Below, piece by piece: positions 12,601-26,100 of a DNA stretch of 64,000 bases; positions within the stretch are counted from its first letter, which is position 1, and every line of letters starts with the position of its first letter. Made by a program: the position numbers and the translations under genes. The notes beneath the pieces were generated by a model. The model saw only the letters and a list, made by a program, of their open reading frames with translations. It did not search any database and was not told the origin of the DNA. This DNA comes from Auanema rhodensis (taxonomy: Eukaryota; Animalia; Nematoda): the NCBI GenBank assembly GCA_964057225.1, contig OZ059897.1:3162001-3226000 (forward strand), read 5' to 3'.

Positions 12601-15600
12601 ATTTTTCGGGAAAATTTTTGTCAAAATGTTTTTGGAAGCAATGTTGAGTGTACATGGGAACTCAACATACACTAATGCATTATTTTTCAAACGATCATAA
12701 CTTATTTTTGTATAGAGCGTTTCTCAATGTATAATAGTGCATTCGATGCGGATTTTTAAGCTGCGTCGATCTGTGTTATCAGATTTGAGTTAGCTTAAAA
12801 ATGCACCGAGATATCAACTGATATATGTTCACACTTATATCCTCGATTTTCACCCTGAAGAAATAATTTTTTCGTTGAAAAACATTGTCCATCGTCTTCG
12901 TCATGAAAAAAGGAATCTAAAAACATCTACTTTTTGTGAAATTATTTAGAAATTTTTCGGGAAAATTTTTGTCAAAATGGTTTTGGAAGCAATGTTGAGT
13001 GTACATGGGAACTCAGCATACACTAATGCATTATTTTTCAAACGATAATAACTAATTTTTGTATAGAGCGTTTCTTAATGTAGTATAGTGCATTCGATGC
13101 GGATTTTTAAGTTGCGTTGATCTGTGTTATCAGATTTGAGTTAGCTTAAAAATGCACCGAGATATCAACTGATTTATGTTCACACTTATATCCTCGATTT
13201 TCACCATGAAGAAATGATTTTTTCGTTGAATAACATTGTCCATCATCTTCGTCTTGAAAAAAGGAATCTAAAAACATCTACTTTTTGTGAAATTATTTAG
13301 AAATTTTTCGGGAAAATTTTTGTCAAAATGTTTTTGGAAGCAATGTTGAGTGTACATGGGAACTCAACATACACTAATGCATTATTTTTCAAACGATCAT
13401 AACTAATTTTTGTATAGAGCGTTTCTTAATGTAGTATAGTGCATTCGATGCGGATTTTTAAGTTGCGTTGATCTGTGTTATCAGATTTGAGTTAGCTTAA
13501 AAATGCACCGAGATATCAACTGATTTATGTTCACACTTATATCCTCGATTTTCACCCTGAAGAAATGATTTTTTTGTTGAAAAATATTGTCCATCGTATT
13601 TGTCTTGAAAAAAGGAATCTAAAAACATCTACTTTTTGTGAAATTATTTAGAAATTTTTCGGGAAAATTTTTGTCAAAATGTTTTTGGAAGCAATGTTGA
13701 GTGTACATGGGAACTCAACATACACTAATGCATTATTTTTCAAACGATCATAACTAATTTTTGTTAATAGCGTTTCTCAAGGTAGTATAGTGCATTCGAT
13801 GCGGATTTTTAAGCTGCGTCGATCTGTGTTATCAGATTTGAGTTAGCTTAAAAATGCACCGAGATATCAACTGATTTATGTTCACACTTATATCCTCGAT
13901 TTTCACCCTGAAGAAATGATTTTTTCGTTGAATAACATTGTCCATCATCTTCGTCTTGAAAAAAGGAATCTAAAAACATCTACTTTTTGTGAAATTATTT
14001 AGAAATTTTTCGGGAAAATTTTTGTCAAAATGTTTTTGGAAGCAATGTTGAGTGTACATGGGAACTCAACATACACTAATGCATTATTTTTCAAACGATC
14101 ATAACTAATTTTTGTATAGAGCGTTTCTTAATGTAGTATAGTGCATTCGATGCGGATTTTTAAGTTGCGTTGATCTGTGTTATCAGATTTGAGTTAGCTT
14201 AAAAATGCACCGAGATATCAACTGATTTATGTTCACACTTATATCCTCGATTTTCACCCTGAAGAAATGATTTTTTCGTTGAAAAATATTGTCCATCGTA
14301 TTCGTCTTGAAAAAAGGAATCTAAAAACATCTACTTTTTGTGAAATTATTTAGAAATTTTTCGGGAAAATTTTTGTCAAAATGTTTTTGGAAGCAATGTT
14401 GAGTGTACATGGGAACTCAACATACACTAATGCATTATTTTTCAAACGATCATAACTAATTTTTGTTAATAGCGTTTCTCAAGGTAGTATAGTGCATTCG
14501 ATGCGGATTTTTAAGCTGCGTCGATCTGTGTTATCAGATTTGAGTTAGCTTAAAAATGCACCGAGATATCAACTGATTTATGTTCACACTTATATCCTCG
14601 ATTTTCACCCTGAAGAAATGATTTTTTCGTTGAAAAATATTGTCCATCGTATTCGTCTTGAAAAAAGGAATCTAAAAACATCTACTTTTTGTGAAATTAT
14701 TTAGAAATTTTTCGGGAAAATTTTTGTCAAAATGTTTTTGGAAGCAATGTTGAGTGTACATGGGAACTCAACATACACTAATGCATTATTTTTCAAACGA
14801 TCATAACTAATTTTTGTATAGAGCGTTTCTTAATGTAGTATAGTGCATTCGATGCGGATTTTTAAGTTGCGTTGATCTGTGTTATCAGATTTGAGTTAGC
14901 TTAAAAATGCACCGAGATATCAACTGATTTATGTTCACACTTATATCCTCGATTTTCACCCTGAAGAAATGATTTTTTCGTTGAAAAATATTGTCCATCG
15001 TATTCGTCTTGAAAAAAGGAATCTAAAAACATCTACTTTTTGTGAAATTATTTAGAAATTTTTCGGGAAAATTTTTGTCAAAATGTTTTTGGAAGCAATG
15101 TTGAGTGTACATGGGAACTCAACATACACTAATGCATTATTTTTCAAACGATCATAACTAATTTTTGTTAATAGCGTTTCTCAAGGTAGTATAGTGCATT
15201 CGATGCGGATTTTTAAGCTGCGTCGATCTGTGTTATCAGATTTGAGTTAGCTTAAAAATGCACCGAGATATCAACTGATATATGTTCACACTTATATCCT
15301 CGATTTTCACCCTGAAGAAATGATTTTTTCGTTGAATAACATTGTCCATCGTCTTCGTCTTGAAAAAAGGAATCTAAAAACATCTACTTTTTGTGAAATT
15401 ATTTAGAAATTTTTCGGGAAAATTTTTGTCAAAATGTTTTTGGAAGCAATGTTGAGTGTACATGGGAACTCAACATACACTAATGCATTATTTTTCAAAC
15501 GATCATAACTATTTTCTGTAAATAGCGTTTTTCAATGTAGTATAGTGCATTCGATGCGGATTTTTAAGCTGCGTTGATCTGTGTTATCAGATTTGAGTTA

Positions 15601-17199
15601 ACTTAAAAATGCACCGAGATATCAACTGATATAGGTTCACACTTATATCCTCGATTTTCACCCTGAAGAAATAATTTTTTCGTTGAAAAACATTGTCCAT
15701 CGTCTTCGTCATGAAAAAAGGAATCTAAAAACATCTACTTTTTGTGAAATTATTTAGAAATTTTTCGGGAAAATTTTTGTCAAAATGTTTTTGGAAGCAA
15801 TGTTGAGTGTACATGGGAACTCAGCATACACTAATGCATTATTTTTCAAACGATAATAACTAATTTTTGTATAGAGCGTTTCTTAATGTAGTATAGTGCA
15901 TTCGATGCGGATTTTTAAGTTGCGTTGATCTGTGTTATCAGATTTGAGTTAGCTTAAAAATGCACCGAGATATCAACTGATATATGTTCACACTTATATC
16001 CTCGATTTTCACCCTGAAGAAATAGTTTTTTCGTTGAAAAACATTGTCCATCGTCTTTGCCTTGAAAAAAGGAATCTAAAAACATCTACTTTTTGTGAAA
16101 TTATTTAGAAATTTTTCGGGAAAATTTTTGTCAAAATGTTTTTGGAAGCAATGTTGAGTGTACATGGGAACTCAACATACACTAATGCATTATTTTTCAA
16201 ACGATCATAACTAATTTTTGTATAGAGCGTTTCTCAATGTAGTATAGTGCATTCGATGCGGATTTTTAAGCTGCGTTGATCTGTGTTATCAGATTTGAGT
16301 TAACTTAAAAATGCACCGAGATATCAACTGATATAGGTTCACACTTATATCCTCGATTTTCACCCTGAAGAAGTAGTTTTTTCGTTGAAAAACATTGTCC
16401 ATCGTCTTCGTCATGAAAAAAGGAATCTAAAAACATCTACTTTTTAAGAAATTATATAGAAATTTTTCGGGAAAATTTTTGTCAAAATGTTTTTGGAAGC
16501 AATGTTGAGTGTACATGGGAACTCAACATACACTAATGCATTATTTTTCAAACGATCATAACTTATTTTTGTATAGAGCGTTTCTCAATGTAGTATAGTG
16601 CATTCGATGCGGATTTTTAAGCTGCGTCGATCTGTGTTATCAGATTTGAGTTAGCTTAAAAATGCACCGAGATATCAACTGATATATGTTCACACTTATA
16701 TCCTCGATTTTCACCCTGAAGAAATGATTTTTTCGTTGAATAACATTGTCCATCGTCTTCGTCTTGAAAAAAGGAATCTAAAAACATCTACTTTTTGTGA
16801 AATTATTTAGAAATTTTTCGGGAAAATTTTTGTCAAAATGTTTTTGGAAGCAATGTTGAGTGTACATGGGAACTCAACATACACTAATGCATTATTTTTC
16901 AAACGATCATAACTTATTTTTGTATAGAGCGTTTCTCAATGTATAATAGTGCATTCGATGCGGATTTTTAAGCTGCGTCGATCTGTGTTATCAGATTTGA
17001 GTTAGCTTAAAAATGCACCGAGATATCAACTGATATATGTTCACACTTATATCCTCGATTTTCACCCTGAAGAAATAATTTTTTCGTTGAAAAACATTGT
17101 CCATCGTCTTCGTCATGAAAAAAGGAATCTAAAAACATCTACTTTTTGTGAAATTATCTAGAAATTTTTCGGGAAAATTTTTGTCAAAATGGTTTTGGA
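6670..17199. repeat. Higher-order duplication: 18-mer (M20-M37) followed by a related 12-mer (M38-M49)
   Basis: Both blocks have the same ordered monomer types and share private variants. GTATAATAGT (~12730, ~16942) and AAAATGGTTTTGG (~12980, ~17192) lie 4212 bp = 12x351 apart. TTTTTTTGTTGAAAAATATT occurs in M21 and M39 only. Confidence 0.85.
8776..11934. repeat. Local trimeric higher-order repeat (1053 bp, ~3 copies)
   Basis: Order TGTTAATAG/CAAGG monomer - TTTCTG/TTAAC/ATAATT/CATG monomer - CTCAGCAT/GATAAT monomer, starting at 8776, 9829 and 10882. Confidence 0.85.
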
Positions 17200-20100
17200 A
17201 GCAATGTTGAGTGTACATGGGAACTCAGCATACACTAATGCATTATTTTTCAAACGATAATAACTAATTTTTGTATAGAGCGTTTCTTAATGTAGTATAG
17301 TGCATTCGATGCGGATTTTTAAGTTGCGTTGATCTGTGTTATCAGATTTGAGTTAGCTTAAAAATGCACCGAGATATCAACTGATTTATGTTCACACTTA
17401 TATCCTCGATTTTCACCCTGAAGAAATGATTTTTTCGTTGAATAACATTGTCCATCATCTTCGTCTTGAAAAAAGGAATCTAAAAACATCTACTTTTTGT
17501 GAAATTATTTAGAAATTTTTCGGGAAAATTTTTGTCAAAATGTTTTTGGAAGCAATGTTGAGTGTACATGGGAACTCAACATACACTAATGCATTATTTT
17601 TCAAACGATCATAACTAATTTTTGTAAATAGCGTTTCTCAAGGTAGTATAGTGCATTCGATGCGGATTTTTAAGCTGCGTCGATCTGTGTTATCAGATTT
17701 GAGTTAGCTTAAAAATGCACCGAGATATCAACTGATATATGTTCACACTTATATCCTCGATTTTCACCCTGAAGAAATAGTTTTTTCGTTGAAAAACATT
17801 GTCCATCGTCTTTGCCTTGAAAAAAGGAATCTAAAAACATCTACTTTTTGTGAAATTATTTAGAAATTTTTCGGGAAAATTTTTGTCAAAATGTTTTTGG
17901 AAGCAATGTTGAGTGTACATGGGAACTCAACATACACTAATGCATTATTTTTCAAACGATCATAACTAATTTTTGTATAGAGCGTTTCTCAATGTAGTAT
18001 AGTGCATTCGATGCGGATTTTTAAGCTGCGTTGATCTGTGTTATCAGATTTGAGTTAACTTAAAAATGCACCGAGATATCAACTGATATAGGTTCACACT
18101 TATATCCTCGATTTTCACCCTGAAGAAGTAGTTTTTTCGTTGAAAAACATTGTCCATCGTCTTCGTCATGAAAAAAGGAATCTAAAAACATCTACTTTTT
18201 AAGAAATTATATAGAAATTTTTCGGGAAAATTTTTGTCAAAATGTTTTTGGAAGCAATGTTGAGTGTACATGGGAACTCAGCATACACTAATGCATTATT
18301 TTTCAAACGATAATAACTAATTTTTGTATAGAGCGTTTCTTAATGTAGTATAGTGCATTCGATGCGGATTTTTAAGTTGCGTTGATCTGTGTTATCAGAT
18401 TTGAGTTAGCTTAAAAATGCACCGAGATATCAACTGATATAGGTTCACACTTATATCCTCGATTTTCACCCTGAAGAAGTAGTTTTTTCGTTGAAAAACA
18501 TTGTCCATCGTCTTCGTCATGAAAAAAGGAATCTAAAAACATCTACTTTTTAAGAAATTATATAGAAATTTTTCGGGAAAATTTTTGTCAAAATGTTTTT
18601 GGAAGCAATGTTGAGTGTACATGGGAACTCAGCATACACTAATGCATTATTTTTCAAACGATAATAACTAATTTTTGTATAGAGCCTTTCTTAATGTAGT
18701 ATAGTGCATTCGATGCGGATTTTTAAGTTGCGTTGATCTGTGTTATCAGATTTGAGTTAGCTTAAAAATGCACCGAGATATCAACTGATTTATGTTCACA
18801 CTTATATCCTCGACTTTCACCCTGAAGAAATGATTTTTTCGTTGAATAACATTGTCCATCATCTTCGTCTTGAAAAAAGGAATCTAAAAACATCTACTTT
18901 TTGTGAAATTATTTAGAAATTTTTCGGGAAAATTTTTGTCAAAATGTTTTTGGAAGCAATGTTGAGTGTACATGGGAACTCAACATACACTAATGCATTA
19001 TTTTTCAAACGATCATAACTAATTTTTGTAAATAGCGTTTCTCAAGGTAGTATAGTGCATTCGATGCGGATTTTTAAGCTGCGTCGATCTGTGTTATCAG
19101 ATTTGAGTTAGCTTAAAAATGCACCGAGATATCAACTGATATATGTTCACACTTATATCCTCGATTTTCACCCTGAAGAAATAGTTTTTTCGTTGAAAAA
19201 CATTGTCCATCGTCTTTGCCTTGAAAAAAGGAATCTAAAAACATCTACTTTTTGTGAAATTATTTAGAAATTTTTCGGGAAAATTTTTGTCAAAATGTTT
19301 TTGGAAGCAATGTTGAGTGTACATGGGAACTCAACATACACTAATGCATTATTTTTCAAACGATCATAACTAATTTTTGTATAGAGCGTTTCTCAATGTA
19401 GTATAGTGCATTCGATGCGGATTTTTAAGCTGCGTTGATCTGTGTTATCAGATTTGAGTTAACTTAAAAATGCACCGAGATATCAACTGATATAGGTTCA
19501 CACTTATATCCTCGATTTTCACCCTGAAGAAGTAGTTTTTTCGTTGAAAAACATTGTCCATCGTCTTCGTCATGAAAAAAGGAATCTAAGAACATCTACT
19601 TTTCAAGAAATTATATAGAAATTTTTCGAGAAAATTTTTGTCAAAATGTTTTTGGAAGCAATGTTGAGTGTACATGGGAACTCAACATACACTAATGCAT
19701 TATTTTTCAAACGATCATAACTTATTTTTGTATAGAGCGTTTCTCAATGTAGTATAGTGCATTCGATGCGGATTTTTAAGCTGCGTCGATCTGTGTTATC
19801 AGATTTGAGGTAGCTTAAAAATGCACCGAGATATCAACTGATATATGTTCACACTTATATCCTCGATTTTCACCCTGAAGAAATGATTTTTTCGTTGAAT
19901 AACATTGTCCATCGTCTTCGTCTTGAAAAAAGGAATCTAAAAACATCTACTTTTCGTGAAATTATTTAGAAATTTTTCGGGAAAATTTTTGTCAAAATGT
20001 TTTTGGAAGCAATGTTGAGTGTACATGGGAACTCAACATACACTAATGCATTATTTTTCAAACGATCATAACTTATTTTTGTATAGAGCGTTTCTCAATG

Positions 20101-23100
20101 TAGTATAGTGCATTCGATGCGGATTTTTAAGCTGCGTCGATCTGTGTTATCAGATTTGAGTTAGCTTAAAAATGCACCGAGATATCAACTGATATATGTT
20201 CACACTTATATCCTCGATTTTCAAACTGAAGAATTGATTTTTTTGTTGAATAACATTGTCCATCGTCTTCGTCTTGAAAAAAGGAATCTAAAAACATCTA
20301 CTTTTTGTGAAATTATCTAGAAATTTTTCGGGAAAATTTTTGTCAAAATGTTTTTGGAAGCAATGTTGAGTGTACATGGGAACTCAACATACACTAATGC
20401 ATTATTTTTCAAACGATCATAACTATTTTCTGTAAATAGCGTTTCTCAATGTAGTATAGTGCATTCGATGCGGATTTTTAAGTTGCGTTGATCTGTGTTA
20501 TCAGATTTGAGTTAGCTTAAAAATGCACCGAGATATCAACTGATTTATGTTCACACTTATATCCTCGATTTTCACCCTGAAGAAATGATTTTTTCGTTGA
20601 ATAACATTGTCCATCATCTTCGTCTTGAAAAAAGGAATCTAAAAACATCTACTTTTTGTGAAATTATTTAGAAATTTTTCGGTAAAATTTTTGTCAAAAT
20701 GTTTTTGGAAGCAATGTTGAGTGTACATGGGAACTCAACATACACTAATGCATTATTTTTCAAACGATCATAACTAATTTTTGTAAATAGCGTTTCTCAA
20801 GGTAGTATAGTGCATTCGATGCGGATTTTTAAGCTGCGTCGATCTGTGTTATCAGATTTGAGTTAGCTTAAAAATGCACCGAGATATCAACTGATATATG
20901 TTCACACTTATATCCTCGATTTTCACCCTGAAGAAATGATTTTTTCGTTGAAAAACATTGTCCATCGTCTTCGTCTTGAAAAAAGGAATCTAAAAACATC
21001 TACTTTTTGTGAAATTATTTAGAAATTTTTCGGGAAAATTTTTGTCAAAATGTTTTTGGAAGCAATGTTGAGTGTACATGGGAACTCAACATACACTAAT
21101 GCATTATTTTTCAAACGATCATAACTAATTTCTGTAAATAGCGTTTCTCAATGTAGTATAGTGCATTCGATGCGGATTTTTAAGCTGCGTCGATCTGTGT
21201 TATCAGATTTGAGTTAGCTTAAAAATGCACCGAGATATCAACTGATATATGTTCACACTTATATCCTCGATTTTCACCCTGAAGAAATAGTTTTTTCGTT
21301 GAAAAACATTGTCCATCGTCTTTGCCTTAAAAAAAGGAATCTAAAAACATCTACTTTTTGTGAAATTATTTAGAAATTTTTCGGGAAAATTTTTGTCAAA
21401 ATGTTTTTGGAAGCAATGTTGAGTGTACATGGGAACTCAACATACACTAATGCATTATTTTTCAAACGATCATAACTTATTTTTGTATAGAGCGTTTCTC
21501 AATGTAGTATAGTGCATTCGATGCGGATTTTTAAGCTGCGTCGATCTGTGTTATCAGATTTGAGTTAGCTTAAAAATGCACCGAGATATCAACTGATATA
21601 TGTTCACACTTATATCCTCGATTTTCACCCTGAAGAAATGATTTTTTCGTTGAATAACATTGTCCATCGTCTTCGTCTTGAAAAAAGGAATCTAAAAACA
21701 TCTACTTTTTGTGAAATTATTTAGAAATTTTTCGGGAAAATTTTTGTCAAAATGTTTTTGGAAGCAATGTTGAGTGTACATGGGAACTCAACATACACTA
21801 ATGCATTATTTTTCAAACGATCATAACTTATTTTTGTATAGAGCGTTTCTCAATGTAGTATAGTGCATTCGATGCGGATTTTTAAGCTGCGTCGATCTGT
21901 GTTATCAGATTTGAGTTAGCTTAAAAATGCACCGAGATATCAACTGATATATGTTCACACTTATATCCTCGATTTTCACCCTGAAGAAATGATTTTTTCG
22001 TTGAATAACATTGTCCATCGTCTTCGTCTTGAAAAAAGGAATCTAAAAACATCTACTTTTTGTGAAATTATTTAGAAATTTTTCGGGAAAATTTTTGTCA
22101 AAATGTTTTTGGAAGCAATGTTGAGTGTACATGGGAACTCAACATACACTAATGCATTATTTTTCAAACGATCATAACTATTTTCTGTAAATAGCGTTTC
22201 TCAATGTAGTATAGTGCATTCGATGCGGATTTTTAAGCTGCGTTGATCTGTGTTATCAGATTTGAGTTAACTTAAAAATGCACCGAGATATCAACTGATA
22301 TATGTTCACACTTATATCCTCGATTTTCACCCTGAAGAAATAGTTTTTTCGTTGAAAAACATTGTCCATCGTCTTTGCCTTGAAAAAAGGAATCTAAAAA
22401 CATCTACTTTTTGTGAAATTATTTAGAAATTTTTCGGGAAAATTTTTGTCAAAATGTTTTTGGAAGCAATGTTGAGTGTACATGGGAACTCAACATACAC
22501 TAATGCATTATTTTTCAAACGATCATAACTAATTTTTGTATAGAGCGTTTCTCAATGTAGTATAGTGCATTCGATGCGGATTTTTAAGCTGCGTTGATCT
22601 GTGTTATCAGATTTGAGTTAACTTAAAAATGCACCGAGATATCAACTGATATAGGTTCACACTTATATCCTCGATTTTCACCCTGAAGAAGTAGTTTTTT
22701 CGTTGAAAAACATTGTCCATCGTCTTCGTCATGAAAAAAGGAATCTAAAAACATCTACTTTTTAAGAAATTATATAGAAATTTTTCGGGAAAATTTTTGT
22801 CAAAATGTTTTTGGAAGCAATGTTGAGTGTACATGGGAACTCAACATACACTAATGCATTATTTTTCAAACGATCATAACTTATTTTTGTATAGAGCGTT
22901 TCTCAATGTAGTATAGTGCATTCGATGCGGATTTTTAAGCTGCGTCGATCTGTGTTATCAGATTTGAGTTAGCTTAAAAATGCACCGAGATATCAACTGA
23001 TATATGTTCACACTTATATCCTCGATTTTCACCCTGAAGAAATGATTTTTTCGTTGAATAACATTGTCCATCGTCTTCGTCTTGAAAAAAGGAATCTAAA

Positions 23101-26100
23101 AACATCTACTTTTTGTGAAATTATTTAGAAATTTTTCGGGAAAATTTTTGTCAAAATGTTTTTGGAAGCAATGTTGAGTGTACATGGGAACTCAACATAC
23201 ACTAATGCATTATTTTTCAAACGATCATAACTTATTTTTGTATAGAGCGTTTCTCAATGTAGTATAGTGCATTCGATGCGGATTTTTAAGCTGCGTCGAT
23301 CTGTATTATCAGATTTGAGTTAGCTTAAAAATGCACCGAGATATCAACTGATATATGTTCACACTTATATCCTCGATTTTCACCCTGAAGAAATAATTTT
23401 TTCGTTGAAAAACATTGTCCATCGTCTTCGTCATGAAAAAAGGAATCTAAAAACATCTACTTTTTGTGAAATTATTTAGAAATTTTTCGGGAAAATTTTT
23501 GTCAAAATGTTTTTGGAAGCAATGTTGAGTGTACATGGGAACTCAGCATACACTAATGCATTATTTTTCAAACGATAATAACTAATTTTTGTATAGAGCG
23601 TTTCTTAATGTAGTATAGTGCATTCGATGCGGATTTTTAAGTTGCGTTGATCTGTGTTATCAGATTTGAGTTAGCTTAAAAATGCACCGAGATATCAACT
23701 GATTTATGTTCACACTTATATCCTCGATTTTCACCCTGAAGAAATGATTTTTTCGTTGAATAACATTGTCCATCATCTTCGTCTTGAAAAAAGGAATTTA
23801 AAAACATCTACTTTTTGTGAAATTATTTAGAAATTTTTCGGGAAAATTTTTGTCAAAATGTTTTTGGAAGCAATGTTGAGTGTACATGGGAACTCAACAT
23901 ACACTAATGCATTATTTTTCAAACGATCATAACTAATTTTTGTAAATAGCGTTTCTCAAGGTAGTATAGTGCATTCGATGCGGATTTTTAAGCTGCGTCG
24001 ATCTGTGTTATCAGATTTGAGTTAGCTTAAAAATGCACCGAGATATCAACTGATATATGTTCACACTTATATCCTCGATTTTCACCCTGAAGAAATAGTT
24101 TTTTCGTTGAAAAACATTGTCCATCGTCTTTGCCTTGAAAAAAGGAATCTAAAAACATCTACTTTTTGTGAAATTATTTAGAAATTTTTCGGGAAAATTT
24201 TTGTCAAAATGTTTTTGGAAGCAATGTTGAGTGTACATGGGAACTCAACATACACTAATGCATTATTTTTCAAACGATCATAACTAATTTTTGTATAGAG
24301 CGTTTCTCAATGTAGTATAGTGCATTCGATGCGGATTTTTAAGCTGCGTTGATCTGTGTTATCAGATTTAAGTTAACTTAAAAATGCACCGAGATATCAA
24401 CTGATATAGGTTCACACTTATATCCTCGATTTTCACCCTGAAGAAGTAGTTTTTTCGTTGAAAAACATTGTCCATCGTCTTCGTCATGAACAAAGGAATC
24501 TAAAAACATCTACTTTTTAAGAAATTATATAGAAATTTTTCGGGAAAATTTTTGTCAAAATGTTTTTGGAAGCAATGTTGAGTGTAAATGGGAACTCAAC
24601 ATACACTAATGCATTATTTTTCAAACGATCATAACTTATTTTTGTATAGAGCGTTTCTCAATGTAGTATAGTGCATTCGATGCGGATTTTTAAGCTGCGT
24701 CGATCTGTGTTATCAGATTTGAGTTAGCTTAAAAATGCACCGAGATATCAACTGATATATGTTCACACTTATATCCTCGATTTTCACCCTGAAGAAATGA
24801 TTTTTTCGTTGAATAACATTGTCCATCGTCTTCGTCTTGAAAAAAGGAATCTAAAAACATCTACTTTTTGTGAAATTATTTAGAAATTTTTCGGGAAAAT
24901 TTTTGTCAAAATGTTTTTGGAAGCAATGTTGAGTGTACATGGGAACTCAACATACACTAATGCATTATTTTTCAAACGATCATAACTTATTTTTGTATAG
25001 AGCGTTTCTCAATGTAGTATAGTGCATTCGATGCGGATTTTTAAGCTGCGTTGATCTGTGTTATCAGATTTGAGTTAGCTTAAAAATGCACCGAGATATC
25101 AACTGATATATGTTCACACTTATATCCTCGATTTTCAAACTGAAGAATTGATTTTTTTGTTGAATAACATTGTCCATCGTCTTCGTCTTGAAAAAAGGAA
25201 TCTAAAAACATCTACTTTTTGTGAAATTATCTAGAAATTTTTCGGGAAAATTTTTGTCAAAATGTTTTTGGAAGCAATGTTGAGTGTACATGGGAACTCA
25301 ACATACACTAATGCATTATTTTTCAAACGATCATAACTAATTTTTGTAAATAGCGTTTCTCAAGGTAGTATAGTGCATTCGATGCGGATTTTTAAGCTGC
25401 GTCGATCTGTGTTATCAGATTTGAGTTAGCTTAAAAATGCACCGAGATATCAACTGATATATGTTCACACTTATATCCTCGATTTTCACCCTGAAGAAAT
25501 GATTTTTTCGTTGAATAACATTGTCCATCGTCTTCGTCTTGAAAAAAGGAATCTAAAAACATCTACTTTTTGTGAAATTATTTAGAATTTTTTCGGGAAA
25601 ATTTTTGTCAAAATGTTTTTGGAAGCAATGTTGAGTGTACATGGGAACTCAACATACACTAATGCATTATTTTTCAAACGATCATAACTAATTTCTGTAA
25701 ATAGCGTTTCTCAATGTAGTATAGTGCATTCGATGCGGATTTTTAAGCTGCGTCGATCTGTGTTATCAGATTTGAGTTAGCTTAAAAATGCACCGAGATA
25801 TCAACTGATATATGTTCACACTTATATCCTCGATTTTCACCCTGAAGAAATGATTTTTTCGTTGAATAACATTGTCCATCGTCTTCGTCTTGAAAAAAGG
25901 AATCTAAAAACATCTACTTTTTGTGAAATTATTTAGAAATTTTTCGGGAAAATTTTTGTCAAAATGTTTTTGGAAGCAATGTTGAGTGTACATGGGAACT
26001 CAACATACACTAATGCATTATTTTTCAAACGATCATAACTTATTTTTGTATAGAGCGTTTCTCAATGTAGTATAGTGCATTCGATGCGGATTTTTAAGCT

